A stretch of DNA of 64,000 nt, taken from NCBI GenBank assembly GCA_965228475.1, contig OZ245817.1, positions 864,001 to 928,000 on the forward strand. Direction: 5' to 3'. This DNA is from Myxococcota bacterium (GTDB lineage Bacteria > Myxococcota_A > UBA9160 > JAFDDA01). Under the pieces are notes generated by a model. The model was not told the origin of the DNA and searched no databases. It saw only the letters and a program-made list of their open reading frames with translations. The position numbers and the translations under genes were made by a program. Shown here piece by piece: positions 57,156 to 64,000 of the stretch (the first letter of the stretch is position 1; every line of letters starts with the position of its first letter).

Positions 57156-57416
57156 TCAGCCACCGGCGATGGCGGCGAGCACCTCCACTTCGTCGTTTTC
57201 GGCGACGGGGGCCTCGGGCGGCGCCTGATCGCCGTTCACGAAGAGCTTCACGAAGGTGTGGGGGCTGCCGTCCGCGGCGAAGATCAGCGGGCCGAAGCCG
57301 GGGTGCGCGGCCTCGACGGCATCGAGGCATTCGCGGACCGTGGCTCCGGCGACCTCGAGCACGTCGATGCCGCCGGTGGGGCCCCGGTAGGGCGGCGGGA
57401 TGAGGACTTTCGGCAT
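57156..57416 (-). CDS. MoaD/ThiS family sulfur carrier protein
   Basis: 86 aa, ubiquitin-like, FVNG motif, C-terminal AIAGG. Confidence 0.9.
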   Translation of the reverse strand: MPKVLIPPPYRGPTGGIDVLEVAGATVRECLDAVEAAHPGFGPLIFAADGSPHTFVKLFVNGDQAPPEAPVAENDEVEVLAAIAGG

Positions 57417-57425
57417 GCCCGAACC

Positions 57426-59006
57426 CTACCGCGCAGCGGCGTCCGCGTCTCCCGCCGGGGGCGCCGGGCCGTCTTCGGCACGGGCCGCGGCCTCTTCGCC
57501 CGGGGCGTCACTCGCCTCCTCGGCTTCCGGGCGCGGGCGGGGCACCCACCGCTCCGGGACCGCCACCTTCACGAGGAAATCCTCCGGGAGACCCTCGCCC
57601 ACGGCGAGCCCGTTCATCAGGGCGGTCTCGTCCCGGCCCCATTGATTGAGCGTCCGTGCCGAGAGCCCGTCGATGGACTCGCGGGGGCGCGTCTCGGCGA
57701 CGCGGAGCCGCGTCACGCGCACGCCGTCGCGCTCGCTGTCCGAGAGCCGCCGGAAGCTCCGCGCGGTGCGGCTCGTCGACGAGGTCTGGATCAACCGGGT
57801 CGGTGGCACGACGTGCAGGATCCGGTAGATGGCCCCGCCGTGGGCGATCCAGGTGGCGTCCGCCTTCATCTTCTTGCCGCCGACCTCGACCACGGTGCGC
57901 GCGCGGAACGCCGCGTTGCCGTGGATGACCCGGTTCTCCTCGTCACTGAACTTCGCCTCGGTCTTCTCGGCGTACTCGCGGGCGGCGGCCTCGGGGTCTT
58001 CGCCCTTGCCCTGGAGCTCGAGGATCACCATGGCATCGCGCCGCGGGGAGACCGCACGGACCGCGCTGGCTTCGTTCACCGTTCGCCAGCCGTCGGGGAA
58101 GCGCAGGGTGAAGCCGAGCCCGGGGTGGAGGAAGCGGGACCCCTGGAAGTAGCCCTCGTCGGGGTTCGGCCCGACCACGATGCCTTCGACGTTCTCGAGG
58201 TAGGTCTCGCGGCCGCGTTCGTCGTCGGGCAGGGGCGTGGCGTGCTCGTAGCGGACCTTCGCGTTGGCTTCGCGCTCGAGGCTCCCGGGGTGCGTGTCGA
58301 AGTAGCCGCCGGAGCGCGAGGCGCCGTGTTCGAAGCGCGTGAGCTGATCGAGGGAGCGCAGGAAGCTCGCCATCGCGAGCGGATCCCAGCCGGCATCGCG
58401 GGCGATCGCCTGGCCGAGGGCGTCGGCCTCGCGCTCCTGGTCCCGGGTGTACGCGGCGAGCATGCCGTGGCCGGCGATGAGGAACCCCTGGGCCGCGACC
58501 ACGGCGCCGCCCGGGCCGCCCGCGAGGGCCCCGGCCAGCACGGCGAGGGCCCCGAGCCACTTCGTCTTGCGCACCTCGAGTTCCCGGTAGGCGTGATGCT
58601 GCAGGGCGACGTGCGCGATCTCGTGGGCGAGCACGTTCGCGAGCTCCTCCTCGGAGTTCGCCAGGGCGAGGAGCCCGCGGGAGACGTAGATGTGGCCGCC
58701 GGGGAGGGCGAAGGCGTTCGGCTCCTGCATCTCGACGACGTTGAAGCGGTACTTCACGTCGCGCCGCGGCGAGTTGCGGGCGAGGCGTTCGCCCACGTCC
58801 TCGACGTACTCGATCACGTCGTCGTTGCCGATCCGGCCGAGGGTCCGGGCGATGGCGGTCGCGGCCTCTTCGCCGACCTCCTCCTCCTTCGCCGTCGACA
58901 TCAGCACGTTGTGGGAGCGGGCGAGCTCGCGCTGGGATTCGCAGCCCGCGAGCCAGGGCAAGCCGAGCAGGGCAAGCAGCAAGGGAATCGACCGGGGCCA
59001 GCGCAT
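57426..59006 (-). CDS. M48 family metalloprotease lipoprotein (BepA/YfgC-like) with extended C-terminus
   Basis: LAGC lipobox; PNAFALPGG, HEIAH, QEREAD and THP motifs. Confidence 0.92.
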   Translation of the reverse strand: MRWPRSIPLLLALLGLPWLAGCESQRELARSHNVLMSTAKEEEVGEEAATAIARTLGRIGNDDVIEYVEDVGERLARNSPRRDVKYRFNVVEMQEPNAFALPGGHIYVSRGLLALANSEEELANVLAHEIAHVALQHHAYRELEVRKTKWLGALAVLAGALAGGPGGAVVAAQGFLIAGHGMLAAYTRDQEREADALGQAIARDAGWDPLAMASFLRSLDQLTRFEHGASRSGGYFDTHPGSLEREANAKVRYEHATPLPDDERGRETYLENVEGIVVGPNPDEGYFQGSRFLHPGLGFTLRFPDGWRTVNEASAVRAVSPRRDAMVILELQGKGEDPEAAAREYAEKTEAKFSDEENRVIHGNAAFRARTVVEVGGKKMKADATWIAHGGAIYRILHVVPPTRLIQTSSTSRTARSFRRLSDSERDGVRVTRLRVAETRPRESIDGLSARTLNQWGRDETALMNGLAVGEGLPEDFLVKVAVPERWVPRPRPEAEEASDAPGEEAAARAEDGPAPPAGDADAAAR

Positions 59007-59026
59007 GCGGCCTATACTCGCCGATC

Positions 59027-60010
59027 ATGCGAACTCCCGCCGCGCGACCCCTCTCCCCGCGAATCGCCGCCTCTCGCCGCCTCGGGCTCTCCTGCGCCGG
59101 GCTCGCGCTGCTCCTCGCGGCAGGGCCGGCGGCCGCGCAGCACGGCTACATCCCGCCCGAAGACCGCGTCCTTCACGTCCGCCTCGCGGAGGCGCGCATC
59201 GTGGCCGTCGGGGAGGTGGAGCGCGTGGAGACGGGCCGGATCCTCGTGCGCAAAGCACGGGCGATCGTCGGCACCGTCGAGGACCGGTTCGAGGTGAAGC
59301 GCGCGCCCGGGACGCCGCCGCCGTGGGTCGAAGGCGAGCGGGTGCTGCTGCTGCTCGCGGGGGCCCGAAGCCCGTACCGCTGGGTCGAGAAGCCCGTCGA
59401 GGCGGAGTCCCTGCGGCTGAAGGACGAAGCGGACGAGGCGCGCTGGAGCGAAGCCCTCCGCGCCCTGCACGCGGTCCGCACGGCGCCCGGGGCGCGGCGG
59501 GACCTCTACGCCTCGTGGGTCGACAGCGGCGACGCGGCCCTGCGCGAGGTCGGCATGCGCGCGCTCATGGATGTCGAGAGCATGCTCTCGGCCATGGACG
59601 AAGACTTCGCGAAGCGCCGCCTGGCCGTCGCCCTCGACGAAGGCCGCGCGATCACCGTGCGCCGCGACGCGGCCCGGATCGCCGTGCGCCATCCGGTGGG
59701 AATCGCGGGGTTGCTCGGCTACCTGGGCGAGCGCCTCGAGAAGGTCGACGCGGTGCTGACCGAGATCGTGCTCGAGGCGGGCCTTCGGGTTCGCGACGAA
59801 CAGGTCGAGGGAACGCTCTCGGAGCTCCTGCGCAACGGGTCTCCAGAGCAGCAGACCCTCGCCGTGCGCCTCGCCGTCTTCGCCCAGGGGACCGAGGCGG
59901 AGCAGGCGCTCGCCGAACTCGCCGTCGGCCACCCGAAGGAAGCGTTGCGCAACGACGCCATGGTCGCCCTGAAGAAGCTCCGCAAGAACCGCGAGCGCCG
60001 CGGCAGCTGA
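59027..60010 (+). CDS. Secreted hypothetical protein with HEAT-like helical repeats
   Basis: Signal peptide (AAA-Q), coding-like composition, alpha-helical C-terminus. Confidence 0.65.
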   Translation: MRTPAARPLSPRIAASRRLGLSCAGLALLLAAGPAAAQHGYIPPEDRVLHVRLAEARIVAVGEVERVETGRILVRKARAIVGTVEDRFEVKRAPGTPPPWVEGERVLLLLAGARSPYRWVEKPVEAESLRLKDEADEARWSEALRALHAVRTAPGARRDLYASWVDSGDAALREVGMRALMDVESMLSAMDEDFAKRRLAVALDEGRAITVRRDAARIAVRHPVGIAGLLGYLGERLEKVDAVLTEIVLEAGLRVRDEQVEGTLSELLRNGSPEQQTLAVRLAVFAQGTEAEQALAELAVGHPKEALRNDAMVALKKLRKNRERRGS

Positions 60011-60028
60011 CGCGCGGGCCAACCCTGT

Positions 60029-60355
60029 CTAGGCGAGCCGCTCGGCCTTGGCGGCCCAGACGAAGTCGCTCTCGGTCAGGCCGTCGATCGTGTGGGTAAA
60101 GATCTCGAGGCGGACCTTTCCCCAGGACAGGTGGATGTCCGGATGGTGGGCCTGGGCCTCGGCGAGCTCCCCGATGCGGTTGGTGAAGGCGAGGGCCTCC
60201 CCGAAGTCGGCGAAGCCGAACTCCTTCTCGAGATGGTGACCGCCGACGACCCGCCAGCCTCCGCCGAGCTCGGCGAGCAGGCCGTCGAGGGCCTCGCCGG
60301 CGAGGGGCGGGACGCCGCCCTTGCAAGGAACGCACTCCTTCGAAGCCAGATCCAT
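60029..60355 (-). CDS. phhB: Pterin-4-alpha-carbinolamine dehydratase
   Basis: CVPCKGG, HHPDI and [15 protein letters not shown] motifs. Confidence 0.93.
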   Translation of the reverse strand: MDLASKECVPCKGGVPPLAGEALDGLLAELGGGWRVVGGHHLEKEFGFADFGEALAFTNRIGELAEAQAHHPDIHLSWGKVRLEIFTHTIDGLTESDFVWAAKAERLA

Positions 60356-60423
60356 GGGTTCCTCCCGGCTACATTGTAACCGCGCGCGCGAAGCGGTATC
60401 CGAGGAGCAGCGACGGAGGGACG

Positions 60424-60836
60424 ATGGCCAAGGTCGAGAAGACGGAGCAGGAGTGGCAGGAGCAGCTCTCGCCGGAGGCGTTCGCGGTGTGCCGCAAGAA
60501 AGGCACCGAGCGCGCCTTCACCGGGCGCTACTGGGATTGCAAGGAAGACGGCACCTACGTCTGCGCCTGCTGCGGCGCCGAGCTCTTCCGCTCCGACACC
60601 AAGTACGATTCCGGCACCGGCTGGCCGAGCTTCTACGAGGCGTTGAATTCGGAGGCCGTGCGCACCGAGCGCGACGCGTCGCTCGGCATGGAGCGGGTGG
60701 AGGTGCTCTGCGCGGCCTGCGACGCCCACCTCGGACACGTCTTCCCCGACGGCCCCGCGCCGACGGGCCAGCGCTATTGCATCAACTCGGTGTCGCTCGA
60801 TCTGAAGGCCGACGGAACCGACGGCGAGGAGCCGGG

Positions 60837-60840
<4 letters not shown>
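60424..60840 (+). CDS. msrB: Peptide-methionine (R)-S-oxide reductase
   Basis: [29 protein letters not shown] and RYCINS motifs. Confidence 0.97.
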
Positions 60841-61412
<572 letters not shown>

Positions 61413-61974
61413 AGGCGCAGGGGCATCGCGAGGACGAACGCCCCGGTGAAGGCCGCGGCGATGGCATCGCCGGCCATCGCGCTCCCGAAGAACGTGAAGC
61501 CGAAGATGAACCAGAGGTACCAGACGCCCGCCGTGTGGAGCTTCCGCCAGGCGTTTCGCCCGAGCCGCGCCGCGGTGACGTCGAAGGAGGTGGCCACCAT
61601 GGCGGCGAGGAAGAGGTAGGCGATGCCCGCGGCGACGAGGGTGAACGGGTCCGGCTCGAACTCGGAACGCTGCATGTACATGTAGATCGCGTAGCCGTGC
61701 ACCGCGTGGGAGACGCCGACGCCGACCCCGAGCGGCCGCCGGTTGCGGAGCAGCCAGGCCGTCGCGCCGCTCCGGGAGAGGCGCCGGAGCGGGCGAGCGA
61801 GGAACGTCGCCAGGAGCAGGACGCCCGAGATGCGCGCCGTCGCGCGGATCAGCTGCCGCCAGCCCTCGGCCTCGGTTCCGTGCAGGGCGAAGCCCGCCGC
61901 CGCGGCCAGCGCCACCGCGAGGGCGGCCCAGCCGACGAGCGGCCAGCCTTCGAAGACCCCGGCGCGGTTCCCGC

Positions 61975-62847
61975 TCACGCCGCCGCCTCGCCTTCGGGGA
62001 TGGGACCGTCCGGGCCGTAGTAGCGGCGCTGCGCCGGCACCTGCCAGAAGTTCGGGTCGGGGAGCGCGAAGGGGTCGACCCGGTCGAGGGCCGGGATCCA
62101 GGCGGTCAGGTAGGTGGCGCGCCGGCCGTCGTGGTGGACGCAGGCGCTGTCGAGCCCGCGAAGGCGCGGCGCGACGTGGAGGCCCTGGACCGCCCAGTGG
62201 CCGTAGACCACGCCGTAGTCCGGCTCGGCCCCCGACCAGGCGTGGTGCCAGGCGTCGTTCGGCGTCTCCGGGTCCCGCGAGGACCAGCGGCCGCGGGAGC
62301 GGACCCGCCGGCAGCGCGTCAGCCGGGCGAGGTCGTCGGCTGTGGGGTCGTCCTCGCGCTCGGCGGCGAGCAGGGCGCGGGCGACCTCCTCGTCGTCCGC
62401 GCCGAGCCGGGCTTCGATGCCCCGCGCCCGGCGGAGCGTCTCCTCGAGGCTCCAGCCCGGGGCGACGGCGGCATGCACCATCACGAAGGGCCGGGCGCCG
62501 AGGGTCCCGCTCTCGGCGACGGGGCGCCGGCGCAGCCAATCGATCCAGTCGTCGGCCTCCGGGTCGTCGAGGACGTCGGCGAAGGTGTCGAGCGGGTGCG
62601 GCGTGCGCAGACCCCAGGCGCTTCGCAAGAGCGAGATCTCGTGGTTGCCGAGGACATAGCGGCAGCGACCCCGCTCCACGCGCTCCCGGACCTCCCGCAG
62701 CAGGGCGAGGTTCGACGGGCCCCGGTTGATCAGGTCGCCGACCTGCCAGAGCTCCCAGGCCGGGCCGAAACGGGCGTCCGCCCGGGCCAGGAGCTCGGCC
62801 ATTTCGGCCCCACAGCCCTGCACGTCGCCCAGGAAGACCGGCTGCAT
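61975..62847 (-). CDS. apaH: ApaH-like symmetrical bis(5'-nucleosyl)-tetraphosphatase
   Basis: GDVQGC, VGDLINRGP, VLGNHE, MVHAA, YGHWA and GLDSACV motifs. Confidence 0.8.
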   Translation of the reverse strand: MQPVFLGDVQGCGAEMAELLARADARFGPAWELWQVGDLINRGPSNLALLREVRERVERGRCRYVLGNHEISLLRSAWGLRTPHPLDTFADVLDDPEADDWIDWLRRRPVAESGTLGARPFVMVHAAVAPGWSLEETLRRARGIEARLGADDEEVARALLAAEREDDPTADDLARLTRCRRVRSRGRWSSRDPETPNDAWHHAWSGAEPDYGVVYGHWAVQGLHVAPRLRGLDSACVHHDGRRATYLTAWIPALDRVDPFALPDPNFWQVPAQRRYYGPDGPIPEGEAAA

Positions 62848-63061
62848 CGCGCCAGACTAGCGACTCGATACACCATTGAAAACGAATACTTAGAGAGGCT
62901 GGCCCGTCGCGGTCCCCGGGGGGATGCGCGGCGCTCGACGCGGCGTCGATCCGCTACTCTCCCGGCTTCGTTCGCGCCGCCTGCGCCGCAGGGGCCGGAC
63001 GATGGGTTCCAACTCGGCCTTCGCCCCCGGCGAACGCGGCCGACCCCATGGGGTGAGAGTC

Positions 63062-64000
63062 ATGTCACGCCGGATCATCCTCTGCGATGGAGCAGAGCTC
63101 GCGCGCCTGTGGAGCCGCATCGGCACGGGCGAGAAAGAAGAGCTGATCTGGGTCCCGCGCGAGGAAGAGGCGCGGGCGCGCCCCCGGGGTTTCCGCACGC
63201 TCCAGGGGCGGCTCTCGGGCGAGGGCATCGAGAAGCTCGATCCCAAGCCCGGCGACGAGTTCGCCATCGTGAGCGAGGAGGCGGGCTTCGTCCGGACCGC
63301 GGCCAAGGCCATCGAGAAGATCGCCCCGACGGCGCCGGTGCTCGTGCTCTCGGACCGGCTCGAGCCCGACGACCTTCCCCACCACCCCTGTCTGCGCCGC
63401 ACCGGCATGCGGACCCAGATCCGCGACGACATCGACGACGAGTTCTCGCACCTCGGCAACCTCTCCCGCGTGGTCGCCGTGCGGAACCTGCTCGGCTCCC
63501 GCGAGAAGATCGGCATCCTGCTGCAGCCCGACCCGGACCCGGACGGCATCGCCTCGGGGCTCGCGCTGCGGGCGCTGCTCGGCCGCAAGCGGTCGACGGC
63601 GCCCTTCATCTCCTTCGGCGAGGTCGAGCGCCCCGAGAACCGCGCGCTCGTCGAGGCGCTCGGCATCCAGGTCCGCACGCTGCTGCCCGAAGAGCTCGAC
63701 GAGTTCGACGGCCTCGCCCTGGTCGACGTCCAGCCGACCGTCTTCGGGGACGACCCGCCGGCGCGCGTGCGCTCGGTCGACGTCGTGATCGACCACCACC
63801 CGGAGCGAAGCGGCTACGACGCGGTCATGCGGGACATCCGCACCGCCTACGGCGCCACCTCCTCGATCCTGACCGAGTACCTGCGCGCTGCGGACATGGA
63901 CATCGGCCCGAAGCTCGCGACGGGCCTGCTCTACGGCATCAAGAGCGACACCCAGGTGCTCGGCCGCGAAACGAGCCCCCACGACGTCGATGCGTTCTCG
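63062..64000 (+). CDS. DHH family phosphoesterase (3' partial, absent from the ORF track)
   Basis: My translation from ATG 63062 is open to the window end and contains QPDPDPDGIASG, LVDVQP, IDHHP, GATSSILTEY and GIKSDT. Confidence 0.9.
   Translation, partial: MSRRIILCDGAELARLWSRIGTGEKEELIWVPREEEARARPRGFRTLQGRLSGEGIEKLDPKPGDEFAIVSEEAGFVRTAAKAIEKIAPTAPVLVLSDRLEPDDLPHHPCLRRTGMRTQIRDDIDDEFSHLGNLSRVVAVRNLLGSREKIGILLQPDPDPDGIASGLALRALLGRKRSTAPFISFGEVERPENRALVEALGIQVRTLLPEELDEFDGLALVDVQPTVFGDDPPARVRSVDVVIDHHPERSGYDAVMRDIRTAYGATSSILTEYLRAADMDIGPKLATGLLYGIKSDTQVLGRETSPHDVDAFS

Noticed and set aside
62848..63061. Intergenic region with an AT-rich patch as a possible ncRNA or tRNA
   Set aside because: No cloverleaf or recognisable RNA motif; consistent with divergent promoters.

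Overview
A very GC-rich, gene-dense bacterial window with about 58 protein-coding genes. PilZ/HDOD proteins, a sigma54 promoter and general gene content suggest a Myxococcota-like lineage (inference only). I found no rRNA, tRNA, CRISPR array, transposase or integrase. Most very long Arg/Gly/Pro-rich ORFs in the track are shadow frames. Main blocks: (1) 1-19.1 kb, a surface-glycosylation region with two convergent GT-C-like paralogs, two tandem TMTC-like GT-C/TPR proteins, a DegT aminotransferase, WbqC, three polyprenol-phosphate-type GT2s, a GT9, a methyltransferase, a WecD-like GNAT, and unexpectedly an AurF-like diiron oxygenase and an MBL-fold/SCP2-like protein; (2) fused trehalose synthase/phosphatase, GST, HxlR and TetR regulators, Coq4; (3) a 908-aa LamG/CxxCH lipoprotein, a small protein behind a sigma54 promoter, and pqqB-pqqC/D-pqqE with no pqqA in the window; (4) acyl-CoA dehydrogenase and a type-2 IleRS with altered signature motifs (HNGS, KESKS) and a ~110-aa insertion; (5) cytochrome c peroxidase, MscS, and a YqgE/ferritin-like/ABC1-kinase operon; (6) PilZ, a 34-aa basic protein, NfuA, HDOD, a stand-alone TOPRIM protein, an RlmD-like methyltransferase; (7) a tungsten-type AOR with MoaD and two MoeA; (8) M48 protease, PhhB, MsrB, GNAT, MsrQ-like, ApaH-like and a partial DHH phosphoesterase. 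Sub-gene signals include repeated duplications of stop/RBS/start junctions that create bridging mini-ORFs, two probable CTG starts, and many probable leaderless genes. All functional calls come from motif recognition by eye; no database search was run.
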